Assembly: GCA_964362905.1 (NCBI GenBank) | Contig: CAYIHQ010000002.1 | Coordinates: 46,076 to 110,075, forward strand | Length of the DNA: 64,000 nt | Direction: 5' to 3' | Origin: an uncultured Ignavibacteriaceae bacterium | Lineage (GTDB): Bacteria > Bacteroidota > Ignavibacteria > UBA10030 | Part shown: piece after piece, positions 38,690 to 48,037 of the stretch | How positions within the stretch are numbered: position 1 is the stretch's first letter | Layout of the letters: each line of letters opens with the position of its first letter | Position numbers and translations under genes: made by a program | The notes under the pieces: model-generated | What the model was told of the DNA's origin: nothing | The model's input: the letters and a program-made list of their open reading frames with translations, nothing else | The model's database searches: none

Positions 38690-38903
38690 ATATTTTAGAG
38701 AATTCTCCTGTAGCTCTAAACATTACAGTTGGTGGTAACATACCATGAGTTTCAAATAAATCTAAAATAAGATCCAAAGCTTCTGAATCAGTGCGTATAT
38801 TAGCAAAATTCGGTGAAGTTTGTGATATTTCAATTAAATCGTTTTGGATTTTTTCAATAAACTTACTTCTTTTCATATATCCTCCTTTCGACTTTCCCAA
38901 CAT
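38664..38903 (-). CDS. GMLPP-motif small protein, paralog 1
   Basis: MKRS...HGMLPP...WESEDE. Paralogous to 38907..39128 and 59562..59783. Confidence 0.45.
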   Translation of the reverse strand: MLGKSKGGYMKRSKFIEKIQNDLIEISQTSPNFANIRTDSEALDLILDLFETHGMLPPTVMFRATGEFSKIFAWESEDE

Positions 38904-38906
38904 TTT

Positions 38907-39128
38907 TCACTCATCTTCTGGTTTCCATGTTCTATCTCTTTTATAGCCTTCTCCTCGTACTTCTGCATCCGCATCATAATAATGAACTCGCTCGGGCGGC
39001 AACATACCATTATTTTCACATAATTTGAGTATGTTATTTGCCAATCTACCCCAACTGAAGCATATGGGAGTTAATACTTTAGGCTTAATATATTCAATTA
39101 AAATATTTTCCATTTCGCTTTTTTTCAT
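38907..39128 (-). CDS. GMLPP-motif small protein, paralog 2
   Basis: MKKSEM...NGMLPP...WKPEDE. Confidence 0.45.
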   Translation of the reverse strand: MKKSEMENILIEYIKPKVLTPICFSWGRLANNILKLCENNGMLPPERVHYYDADAEVRGEGYKRDRTWKPEDE

Positions 39129-39130
39129 TT

Positions 39131-39331
39131 TTACCCCTTTTTATCCTTCTTTTCTTCGTCATCTACGAATATTAAGAATTTACCAATTATAAAAGCGATA
39201 AATAGTGCGATAAAAGTCATAATAATTGGATGAAACACAAACCAAGAATAGACAAACACGCATGCGAGCCCAATTGGAATTAAAACCATAGGTGCCATGA
39301 GAGTATAACCAATCATTTTTTTTAGTGTCAT
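39131..39331 (-). CDS. small membrane protein (66 aa)
   Basis: Two TM segments. Confidence 0.35.
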   Translation of the reverse strand: MTLKKMIGYTLMAPMVLIPIGLACVFVYSWFVFHPIIMTFIALFIAFIIGKFLIFVDDEEKKDKKG

Positions 39332-39555
39332 TTTTCATCTCCATATCGTTCTCGCCAATTTTTATCCGCAATATAATCATATTCGTTCTTTTCAAATATC
39401 TTAATAACTTCTTTATTCTCGTCATATAATATAATCTGTATTGTTCCATTTGTAGATAATGTCATATTATAATATTTTACTTTAGTTATATCTGTAAATT
39501 CAGAAAATGCTTCTAATGGTATTTCTCCATTTTCGCTAACTATGAAAGTTTTCAT
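39328..39555 (-). CDS. small hypothetical protein (75 aa)
   Basis: ORF. Confidence 0.3.
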   Translation of the reverse strand: MKTFIVSENGEIPLEAFSEFTDITKVKYYNMTLSTNGTIQIILYDENKEVIKIFEKNEYDYIADKNWRERYGDEK

Positions 39556-39741
39556 TTACCACTCCTCATGCATTAGAATAACCTTATTTTGAGTTTCGCT
39601 GACAGCTATATCATTAAGATCGTATTCTAATTGTATTTGGTGTTCAGCGTCTTCTGGAGTTTCAATAAGCAATGAAATCTCTTTATTACCATGTTTCTCT
39701 TTTAGGTCATTTAATTTTTTAAGTAGTTGGTTTAGTGTCAT
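39556..39741 (-). CDS. small hypothetical protein (61 aa)
   Basis: ORF. Confidence 0.3.
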   Translation of the reverse strand: MTLNQLLKKLNDLKEKHGNKEISLLIETPEDAEHQIQLEYDLNDIAVSETQNKVILMHEEW

Positions 39742-40979
39742 TTATCATCCCTCATTCTTTTGAAGATCGGAAAGCGTAAGGAACCGTCCGAAGTTTTCTC
39801 AAAATATGAGATTTCAGCGATTTTACCCATAAATTTGTCTTTGTTTGTCCAAACTTCTTTTCTAAGAGCATCATCAAAACCACTCCCAACACTACAGGAA
39901 GTATTAGGATCAATAGCAACAACAATACTGCCCAAAGTTCCTTTAAGTTTTCCTTCACCTTCAACAACATTAATTATCTCCAAATCGTCACTCTTAAAGG
40001 GTTTTAATTTTATTAATTCACCTGATTTTATGGTGACTCTTTTCCACCTATACTTACCCTCTATAGCCCTAATCATACACCCTTCGTAACCATTTTTCAA
40101 GGCTTTTTTATAGATTTCTACTACTTCTGCGGCAGAATCTACTTTATCTGTGGGAGCATCTATAACCTTACTATAGTCTCCTATAGTGCCATTTACAATG
40201 CCTCTTAAAAGCTTTAAACGGTCAGTATAGCCGATTTTAGTGCTTTGGGCATCCCAATCCTTTATAGGTAAGCAATCGTAGACATAATACCTTAAATTGC
40301 TTGGAATAGGGCTTTCCTCAGAATTGAGAACTTTAGCTAAATCTTGAAATGGTTGATTATGTATGTACAATTCTCCATCTAATACATAGTCTTTAATTCC
40401 CGTTAAGCAATTAAAATATTTAGTTAAGTTATTATTAGTGTAAATAAGGCCAGATCTAGTATAAAATTGACCATCTTTGTAGATAGCTCTGAATCCATCA
40501 TATTTATTCTGGATATACAAAGGATATTGTAAATCTGTTAAATTAGGCAATTGTGAGGGAGCAAGTAGAATCTTAAATTCTGGTATATGATTTTTAATAA
40601 CTTTATTTACAGTAGTTGTTCCAATCCCTATAGCTTCTTTAAGTAATACTTTTTTATAAATATCATATTCATCATCGGTAAACATTCTAAATACTGTTTG
40701 GATGATATCTTTAGCTTTATTACCAGTTATATGCCTACTTTTTAAGTCATCAAGAAGAGTTATAAAAGCTTTATATCTATCTTTATCCGACCAAAGATCA
40801 TCATTAACTCTACTAAGTCTTTCTGGCATTTTCTTAATGTAGAAATTTTTATAGGGATCAAGAGCATAGTTAAGAATCTCCAGGACTTCTTTCTGGTCTT
40901 TGTATGTGCGAAGTATCTCTTCCTTCTCTTTCGTTGAATTTGTAGAGGATATTTTCTTGAAGAAATCTATTAGTTTCAT
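39738..40979 (-). CDS. ATP-dependent DNA ligase
   Basis: Motif I KYDGFR. LDGELY. EGCMIR. Conserved Lys-rich region LIKLKP. About 413 aa. Confidence 0.75.
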   Translation of the reverse strand: MKLIDFFKKISSTNSTKEKEEILRTYKDQKEVLEILNYALDPYKNFYIKKMPERLSRVNDDLWSDKDRYKAFITLLDDLKSRHITGNKAKDIIQTVFRMFTDDEYDIYKKVLLKEAIGIGTTTVNKVIKNHIPEFKILLAPSQLPNLTDLQYPLYIQNKYDGFRAIYKDGQFYTRSGLIYTNNNLTKYFNCLTGIKDYVLDGELYIHNQPFQDLAKVLNSEESPIPSNLRYYVYDCLPIKDWDAQSTKIGYTDRLKLLRGIVNGTIGDYSKVIDAPTDKVDSAAEVVEIYKKALKNGYEGCMIRAIEGKYRWKRVTIKSGELIKLKPFKSDDLEIINVVEGEGKLKGTLGSIVVAIDPNTSCSVGSGFDDALRKEVWTNKDKFMGKIAEISYFEKTSDGSLRFPIFKRMRDDK

Positions 40980-41142
40980 GTCCGTACCTCTTATACATTT
41001 TGTATTTTAAATATTGGTCTAACAAAGTTTCTGAGTATCTTGGTGAAGATGGGAAATATTCTGAAAGAAAGCTTGTTAAACTGATGATTACATATATTAC
41101 AAACACTGTAAGTATGCTATTATCTAGAATAAGTTCCCACAT
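40870..41142 (-). CDS. small membrane ORF overlapping the ligase 5' end (extent uncertain)
   Basis: Hydrophobic N-terminus. A 110-nt out-of-frame overlap with the ligase start. Confidence 0.2.
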   Translation of the reverse strand: MWELILDNSILTVFVIYVIISLTSFLSEYFPSSPRYSETLLDQYLKYKMYKRYGHETNRFLQENILYKFNEREGRDTSHIQRPERSPGDS

Positions 41143-41247
41143 ATAACACCTTTAATTGGTTTATTGCTAGAAAAAAATAAGGCAGCTTTGGGGGCCCAAA
41201 AACTGCCTTATCCGACACCGATCAACATAAAGGGAGTTGATTTGCGT

Positions 41248-43287
41248 CTAAACTTTATTAAATTTAGCCCTTAAATATTCTCGTTCTTCTTTTTCACGCA
41301 AAGCAGCATAGTCTGATAATTCATCTATATTCATATCTCTAACTAATCCTTTTGCGCCATCAAATCGAAGAATTTGTTCTAGTTCTTTTCCCATTCGGTT
41401 CTTGGCTAGAAACATACGAAGCACATCATCATATTCTGGACTACCCATAAATGGCCGCCATATAGTGATAACATTGGTTGCTGATTCTTCCCAATCTCCC
41501 GATTCCTTAGCTGCTCGTTTTGTCCGTAAAGGAGCGCAGCCATCCCCCACATTTCTAGAGATCTGGCTTATATAAATCCAGGCTGAATTAGTAATATTAG
41601 CCATCTCAGTAGAACGCAACGCATTATATGTAGCATTAGCATATCTATCTGAATATGGTCCAGTAACTCTACCTGCATAATCCACTACAACTAATTTAAT
41701 CTGATTTCCAGTTTCATCTTCAATCTTAAAAATCTTATCTCTCATTTGCTCTAATGTTAGTGTAGAGCTGAAATCAAAATAGGTTTTGCCGTATTTCTGA
41801 GCAATTAGTTCTTTAATCTCATCAACTTTTTTTGTATTCTTATATTTATAAAAATCTAAAATCTCACGCTGAGTATAGCTAGTTAATTTCTGAGCCAGCT
41901 TTAAATAAATCAAATTCTTATGCATATCCAAACTAAAGAACATTGTATGTTGGTTCAAAGCATTAGCATTTTCCATAATATTTAATGCTATTGTGGTCTT
42001 GGCGCTACCAGTTGCGCCCACTAATAAAGTGGTAGTGCCTACTGCAATATTCATATTGTCGTCAATAAAAGCTATACCAGTTTTAACCGTATTTCTGTCG
42101 AAGTTAGAAGCAAAATCTTCGAAACTCTCAGATACCGAATCTATTTGAACGGTAGTTTCTCTATTCTCAGCCCTCGAATGTAAGCAGCATTTTTTATGTG
42201 TTTTAGAACTGATTAAATCACAATATTTCTTAAGTAACTCATTATCAGGACTAGTTCCAGAAGCTCCAGGCATCTGTTTGAAGGATTTACTACCATATAC
42301 AGAATTAATAACTGTATTTTCTAACTCAGATTTGGTGTATGGATCTGCCTCTGGGTACAGCTTAGCATTCAACTCAGCAATGCCAGCTAGTGTGCTTAAA
42401 GCCACTTCTTTGGCCATACCTTGATTTCTATACCATGAAGCTAATCGTAGGAATAGCACATTACGCTCTCCCATACCAGGCTTCATAATACCTTTAGACA
42501 AAGCAAATATACAACGGGGAGTGGTTCTTGGGCACTCATTAAAATCAATAGTATCCAAACCCCTAATCCCATCAATCTCTTCAACTGACTCATAAGTTAT
42601 CGACTTAGGTCGTTCAGAGAATATAATCTTATAGGCTTTAATGAAATCTAGTTTATCCGTGGCCTTTACAATAAAATTGCTGGTAACTGGTGATTTAGCT
42701 AATTCTTTGATTTGTTCAATAGATTTTTCAACTAAATCATCTGGCCCAACTTCAATCTTATAGAGACCACTTTTAGGATTCTTAGTATTGTTAATTCTGT
42801 ATAGTCTAGTAGTGTTATAAATAACAGTATCTAGTGTTGTTAACCTAAGAATTTTCTTAAGATGTGTACTAAGTTCTTTACATTCTTCTGGAGTAAAAGT
42901 CTTAGTTGTATATAATTCTACATGAAACCCTTTAGAACTAGAAAAATAAGTTCTAACTGATTCTGCAACATTAATCTGTTGTTTTTGAAATTCTTGAAGA
43001 AGAGATATAGCATCTTTTTTAGCTATATCAAGATCAACTTTAGAATCAAAGTCGAATACCAGTTTCGATGTGCTGGCCCTACCATTATATCCTTTGATAG
43101 AGTTATCGTTCTTATTGAAGTATTCTTTAGCTTCCTTTGGAAAGGTGAATAAAGAAGAATACCAATCTGTATCTGGACTCTCTTTGATTATAGATTCCAA
43201 TTTAGTCTGATCTTGAAACTCAGAAATTGGAATTAAGCGTCCAAAGTCTTGAACGCTATTAGTTATGCGAATGAAATCTGTATCCAC
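41248..43287 (-). CDS. bifunctional primase-helicase (N-terminal primase with PriCT-1-like motif; C-terminal DnaB/SF4-like helicase)
   Basis: GERNVLFLRLASW resembles PriCT_1. Walker A GATGSAKTT. Walker B VVVDYAG. Confidence 0.7.
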   Translation of the reverse strand: MDTDFIRITNSVQDFGRLIPISEFQDQTKLESIIKESPDTDWYSSLFTFPKEAKEYFNKNDNSIKGYNGRASTSKLVFDFDSKVDLDIAKKDAISLLQEFQKQQINVAESVRTYFSSSKGFHVELYTTKTFTPEECKELSTHLKKILRLTTLDTVIYNTTRLYRINNTKNPKSGLYKIEVGPDDLVEKSIEQIKELAKSPVTSNFIVKATDKLDFIKAYKIIFSERPKSITYESVEEIDGIRGLDTIDFNECPRTTPRCIFALSKGIMKPGMGERNVLFLRLASWYRNQGMAKEVALSTLAGIAELNAKLYPEADPYTKSELENTVINSVYGSKSFKQMPGASGTSPDNELLKKYCDLISSKTHKKCCLHSRAENRETTVQIDSVSESFEDFASNFDRNTVKTGIAFIDDNMNIAVGTTTLLVGATGSAKTTIALNIMENANALNQHTMFFSLDMHKNLIYLKLAQKLTSYTQREILDFYKYKNTKKVDEIKELIAQKYGKTYFDFSSTLTLEQMRDKIFKIEDETGNQIKLVVVDYAGRVTGPYSDRYANATYNALRSTEMANITNSAWIYISQISRNVGDGCAPLRTKRAAKESGDWEESATNVITIWRPFMGSPEYDDVLRMFLAKNRMGKELEQILRFDGAKGLVRDMNIDELSDYAALREKEEREYLRAKFNKV

Positions 43288-43344
43288 TTTTTGCCCCCTA
43301 AAATTTACTAACTTCTCTGTTCTATAGAGAAATTTATACCGAAT

Positions 43345-43644
43345 TTACTCATCTTGACTTACTACAAACTGCACATCGGGCCCTTTTTCCGATTTTTTGT
43401 TTTCGTTAAAGAACATCGCAAAGCCCTTTACATCTACAGTTTCTCCGTTATCCATTTCCACAGTAATTTTACTTACTCCAGATTTTCCTGTTTTAGGGTT
43501 GCCTTTGGCTATAGTTGCTGATACATATTCGCCTTTGTTTTTACTTTGTTTTAACCAACCTACAGCTATTTCAATGTACTTACTCATTGTGATTCTCCTT
43601 AGTTTCCGCAACTTGTTGTTGCGTGTTGTTAATTTCTTGTTCAA
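43345..43644 (-). CDS. hypothetical protein (99 aa)
   Basis: ORF downstream of the helicase. Confidence 0.35.
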   Translation of the reverse strand: MNKKLTTRNNKLRKLRRITMSKYIEIAVGWLKQSKNKGEYVSATIAKGNPKTGKSGVSKITVEMDNGETVDVKGFAMFFNENKKSEKGPDVQFVVSQDE

Positions 43645-44149
43645 TTTTAGCTTGTTCTGTTTCTTTTTGCAAGCGTTTTCGTTCTTCTAAAATATGATAA
43701 TGCGTGATTAGATAACGATCAGCAATGACACGCTGTCCTAACGCAAATGCTGATTTTTCTTCCTTACTTTGTAGATTTACAGGCAAGTCATCTTGCGGTA
43801 ACTGAAGAATAGAGTTCATAATACGATTCATTCCTTTGCGGCTGATCTTGTAACTAGGACCATTACGACCTGCAATTAGATCATTTAAATGTTTCATATT
43901 ACGAACAAAAGACATACTCGCCCTAGAATACAGTTCTTCTGCGGAAGGTATTTCTATCTTTTGACCAGAAGCTTGTTCTTCTCTAGCTATTGATGTAACT
44001 TCTGTTGTTAGGATTTTATTCTGAACATCTTGGGCTGTATCTGAGTTATTAAGCAAATTAGAATCTGCTTTAATATCAGTATCTACAGTACCATTATTAA
44101 GAATATTCTTTTCGCTTTTAATATCTTGATCTGGATTTAATTGTATCAT
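43580..44149 (-). CDS. hypothetical protein (189 aa; 5' end may be shorter)
   Basis: ORF. 65-nt overlap with the previous ORF. Confidence 0.35.
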   Translation of the reverse strand: MIQLNPDQDIKSEKNILNNGTVDTDIKADSNLLNNSDTAQDVQNKILTTEVTSIAREEQASGQKIEIPSAEELYSRASMSFVRNMKHLNDLIAGRNGPSYKISRKGMNRIMNSILQLPQDDLPVNLQSKEEKSAFALGQRVIADRYLITHYHILEERKRLQKETEQAKIEQEINNTQQQVAETKENHNE

Positions 44150-44164
44150 TATAACTCCTTATAA

Positions 44165-44878
44165 TCATGGGAAATTTGGTTCTGAGTTTTTTACTGTTGT
44201 TAATCTTCTACCAAAACTAGGTTTTGCGATAGTTGTTGGTTCTGGTCGTTTTTCTACTACTTTGGGAGTATCATTAATTACTTTAGGAGGTTCTACAACT
44301 TCTGACTTTGGTGCTTCTGATGTAGTAATATTAGCTGCTTGAGCTGTGGCAGATCTAGAAAAACCTTTTGTTGGTGTTGTAGTAATTGGTTTTGTAATAC
44401 CATCATTTTCTGGATCATCTTCTGTGGCCACTAAGAAGTTTTTGGCTAAAAAATATTTAAAAGCACCAGTTAAACTTTTATACACAAATTTATCTGTTTC
44501 ATCCCAACCACTACCAGTAGATTGTACTGAATATGTAGCTCCACTTTCGGTATCACAAAAAGTATGTCTAGTATTAACTATGGACACCAAGCTTTCCTTA
44601 TTTCCACCCTTACCGTCTGGTTTGTTGATCTTAATAACTTCTTTAGTTTCCGAATCTGTTAAAATTACTATATTATTTTCCAATAATAAATTTCTAACTG
44701 CATTTACTAAATCTTGCTCGGTTGAATAATGATAATTTTGGTGTTTATTAAAACCAGATTTTTCTATTTTTTCGACTTTACTGACTACTGTATGTATCTT
44801 TTTAAATAATTTAGCTTGAAGAAGCATTAATTCTTTTACTCCTTGTGTCGATTGCGGTATCATACTTTGATCATGCAT
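44165..44878 (-). CDS. ERF-family single-strand annealing protein
   Basis: NYHYSTEQDLVNAVRNLLLENNIVIL resembles the ERF core. Followed by an exonuclease gene. Confidence 0.55.
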   Translation of the reverse strand: MHDQSMIPQSTQGVKELMLLQAKLFKKIHTVVSKVEKIEKSGFNKHQNYHYSTEQDLVNAVRNLLLENNIVILTDSETKEVIKINKPDGKGGNKESLVSIVNTRHTFCDTESGATYSVQSTGSGWDETDKFVYKSLTGAFKYFLAKNFLVATEDDPENDGITKPITTTPTKGFSRSATAQAANITTSEAPKSEVVEPPKVINDTPKVVEKRPEPTTIAKPSFGRRLTTVKNSEPNFP

Positions 44879-44930
44879 ATTTTATCTCCTTTTTAATCAT
44901 ATTAATGGCTTTTAAAGCTAAAAGCAAGTT

Positions 44931-46043
44931 TTATTTTTTCTTTTTCAACCCACTAAAATCCCCCTTGTGGCAGGCAGAGTAGAAAATGCATGTGCTTCCA
45001 TACCAGTTACGGCATTTAGATACATCCTTATAGTAGATATCATTTTTCATAGCTAGTATAACATTTCCCATGTCAGTAAGCAAGTCATCTATTTGTGCTT
45101 GTGTCTTTTGTTGAACTAGCACTTGTATTTGTGGATTGCATACTTTAGTACCTACCCAATTACCATTACATCTATTACCACTAGAATCCATATTATCACA
45201 AGTTTTATGTCTACCATTCTTTTTATGATTACATTTATCACAATGAGCTATCTCATCTTTTGGTATAGTCTTGCATAAAACAACATACCCAACTAAATCT
45301 GTATTATAATCTCTACCCTTCATAGCTGAATATAGTGTTAATTGTTGGGTTAAGTCAATGTCCTCTTGTTCGTAAGGTTGGGCGGCGGTTTTTAAGTCAA
45401 ATATTATGGGTTTATCATAACCTTCTAGCTCTAGAACCATATCTACAAAGCCAATAATACTATCTCCAGTACTTTGATCTGTTATAGATCCTCTTTGTTG
45501 AGTGCTGACCACTTTAGTTATCTTTGGGTAAAATTGTGTATTGAAGGCTTTTAATAGCAATTCTCCCTTTTTTCTTAGGGATAGCCAAGAAGCTCTATTG
45601 AAATACTTAAATTCAATATCTGATACTGTTTTGTAAGGATTTCTTTTTCTAGCTGATATATCTTTATATAAATCTATAGGATTTAATGCTGTTAATCCTA
45701 ATTCTACTACATAGCCTTCTAATTTTACTATATCTTTAGGTTCAAATACATCCTCGTCAAAATCTTTTTGGGCAAAAACTACATTAGGGTTATCGTATAT
45801 TTGAGTTGCTGTGCCGAAAGAGTAAGCTCTGTGCCAACGATCTTTGAATGTATTCAACCAAGTCGTTTTGCCTTCTAGCATTTCAGTTACGGCGGCATCA
45901 ATAGCACTGCCGAAAAATAAACTAGCACCAACAATCCCACTCTCCCACTTATCAACATAAGAAAGGTGCCAATGCTTGCTGCATGAAATAAATGTATTAT
46001 TCTGCGAAAAACTTGTTCGAAATGCCATTTTGATCCTTTTCAT
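44931..46043 (-). CDS. PD-(D/E)xK exonuclease with C-terminal Cys cluster (Cas4/RecB-like)
   Basis: GFVDMV ... IIFDLKTA (D ... DxK). C-terminal CDKC ... C ... C cluster. Confidence 0.6.
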   Translation of the reverse strand: MKRIKMAFRTSFSQNNTFISCSKHWHLSYVDKWESGIVGASLFFGSAIDAAVTEMLEGKTTWLNTFKDRWHRAYSFGTATQIYDNPNVVFAQKDFDEDVFEPKDIVKLEGYVVELGLTALNPIDLYKDISARKRNPYKTVSDIEFKYFNRASWLSLRKKGELLLKAFNTQFYPKITKVVSTQQRGSITDQSTGDSIIGFVDMVLELEGYDKPIIFDLKTAAQPYEQEDIDLTQQLTLYSAMKGRDYNTDLVGYVVLCKTIPKDEIAHCDKCNHKKNGRHKTCDNMDSSGNRCNGNWVGTKVCNPQIQVLVQQKTQAQIDDLLTDMGNVILAMKNDIYYKDVSKCRNWYGSTCIFYSACHKGDFSGLKKKK

Positions 46044-46743
46044 ATTCTATTATAGTTATTGTATTGGTGGGATCATAACATTCGTCACACGAACTTGCGT
46101 TATGATACATAATACCATCTTTCTCTACAGTCTTCCCACCCCAATTATGTATATGTCCGAATATGTGATGTTTAAGTTGTTTAAGTTCTTTAATTCGTTC
46201 CGATAATTTAACACACCCAGCAAATTGTCCTTTAGGATCTCCGCTAACATATACCAATTCGTCTAATATACCATACGGCGGTCCGTGGGTTATTAGTATG
46301 TTGGTGTCGTCAGGTATCATATCCCAATGAGGTTTAATTTCTCTTATTTTCCTAAATTGTGCTTCATTAATATCTCTAGCCCTATTAAAAGCCCAGTCGC
46401 AAAAAAAGGGAGTTACTGGAGAACCATGTATTTTAACTCCGTCAATAATCACACTACTGTCGTTTAATAGTATAATTCCATTCTGTTCACACATATCTTT
46501 GGCTAAAGAAGGATTTGTTTCAAACAACCAATCATGGTTTCCTGCTATTAAAATTCTATGCGAGAAATCTAATTTACCATACCATTTTAGAAAATTGGCT
46601 ACTTCGCTTATGGCACCTTGGCCTGTAGCATCGCCAGCATGTATAATAATATCACCGCCTAAAGCATTTTCTACCTTAAGTTCTTTAATAGCCTTATGCC
46701 TATTATGAGTATCGCTAATTGCAACAATAGCTAATTTACTCAT
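45997..46743 (-). CDS. calcineurin-like metallophosphoesterase
   Basis: AISDTH, GDATGQG, AGNHD, GHIH motifs. Confidence 0.75.
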   Translation of the reverse strand: MSKLAIVAISDTHNRHKAIKELKVENALGGDIIIHAGDATGQGAISEVANFLKWYGKLDFSHRILIAGNHDWLFETNPSLAKDMCEQNGIILLNDSSVIIDGVKIHGSPVTPFFCDWAFNRARDINEAQFRKIREIKPHWDMIPDDTNILITHGPPYGILDELVYVSGDPKGQFAGCVKLSERIKELKQLKHHIFGHIHNWGGKTVEKDGIMYHNASSCDECYDPTNTITIIEYEKDQNGISNKFFAE

Positions 46744-47055
46744 TTACAATCCTTGATTCTTCATATACTTTTGATATATATAATGGCAAGTAAGTTTAAG
46801 CGATTCTGAATGACCATTTTCCTTAAGATATTTACATAAAGTAATAAATCTTGTAGCTTCTTCTTTATCTAGTTGATCGTATATAAATTTAACTCGCAGT
46901 ACATCAAATTGTTCTAACATAGTTACATAATGTCCTCGTTCCTTAAGTCGTTTAATACGACCCTCATCTATATTAGTAACATTATCAATTTCTTGAGATT
47001 CTAGAAACTCATCTTGTACTACTGGTAAAATTTCGTTTTTAATATCCTTAGACAT
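46744..47055 (-). CDS. hypothetical protein (103 aa)
   Basis: Operon ORF. Confidence 0.35.
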   Translation of the reverse strand: MSKDIKNEILPVVQDEFLESQEIDNVTNIDEGRIKRLKERGHYVTMLEQFDVLRVKFIYDQLDKEEATRFITLCKYLKENGHSESLKLTCHYIYQKYMKNQGL

Positions 47056-47056
47056 A

Positions 47057-47290
47057 CTACTTTTGTATTTCCTCTAATAAATTAGACAGTGTAGAAATAG
47101 CACTTTTATGTTCAACTAATGTCATAGTGTGCTTCATAAGCATTGATTTAGCGTCATTATCCAATACTGAATTTTTCTTTTTCATAATGCTAAGTTCTTC
47201 TACAATTTTAGCTATTTCTTTTTTGTGTACTGCTATTTTGCTATTTAAAGTAGCTAATATTTCAGGTAATGTTTTCATGTTTTTCTCCAT
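47057..47290 (-). CDS. hypothetical coiled-coil protein (77 aa)
   Basis: ORF. Confidence 0.3.
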   Translation of the reverse strand: MEKNMKTLPEILATLNSKIAVHKKEIAKIVEELSIMKKKNSVLDNDAKSMLMKHTMTLVEHKSAISTLSNLLEEIQK

Positions 47291-47552
47291 ATAAAATCTC
47301 AGCTTGCTTAGTAAGTTCCATCACTACTTTAGTATTAATAGTGGATCTAGTAACAGGCATATTTAAAGTTATAGGATTATCCATAAATTGACCGCTGGCC
47401 AGTTCAGTAGTCATGCTATCATACTTATCTTCATATATAAATAAGAATCGGTATCCTTCTTTATAAAATTGATTCATTGTATAAGGGTCAACTACTATAT
47501 ACTTATCTTTAATCATAGAAATAGGACCTCTAGTGCCTGATTGTCGGGCCAA
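47262..47552 (-). CDS. small protein ending ...QAEILYGEKHENIT (LYG-tail family)
   Basis: C-terminal motif. Confidence 0.35.
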   Translation of the reverse strand: MARQSGTRGPISMIKDKYIVVDPYTMNQFYKEGYRFLFIYEDKYDSMTTELASGQFMDNPITLNMPVTRSTINTKVVMELTKQAEILYGEKHENIT

Positions 47553-48037
47553 TTAATTTTGCAAATCTCACATATAAGCTTTATGTATCTTCTGTCTGTA
47601 TCGACAGAATGTGTTACGCTTTCTATTTGCAGTAATGTATGAAATGCTATGTCAGAAGAATTATCAATAGCATCAACTAGTATTCTTTTTCGTAAGTTAA
47701 AAAACTCGTTATTGTTCATAGAATAATTTTCATTCTTAGCAGTTTCGTCTAATTCTAGCATATAGTCTTTCATGATTTTACTATCTCCAGATACAGAATA
47801 GGCATCTAAAACTGATTTAAACTTAATCATGGCAGAACTATAAGCACTATATTTACTTTTACAAAACTTATGAGCTACATAAACTACCCTATTTTTAACG
47901 CTCATGCAATTTAAAGCTACTCCCAAAGCGGAAGTATATTGTCGTGATCTAAATTGAGATAGAACCTCGCCTATACCGTTAGTAGGTAATTTCTTCTTAG
48001 AAATCCTGTTTCTAAATACTTGCTTAATATTGCTCAT
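47513..48037 (-). CDS. hypothetical protein (174 aa)
   Basis: Operon ORF. Confidence 0.35.
   Translation of the reverse strand: MSNIKQVFRNRISKKKLPTNGIGEVLSQFRSRQYTSALGVALNCMSVKNRVVYVAHKFCKSKYSAYSSAMIKFKSVLDAYSVSGDSKIMKDYMLELDETAKNENYSMNNNEFFNLRKRILVDAIDNSSDIAFHTLLQIESVTHSVDTDRRYIKLICEICKINWPDNQALEVLFL

Noticed and set aside
39180-39449. 89-aa minus ORF overlapping 39131..39331 and 39328..39555
   Set aside because: It is in an alternative frame across two better-supported, translationally coupled small ORFs.
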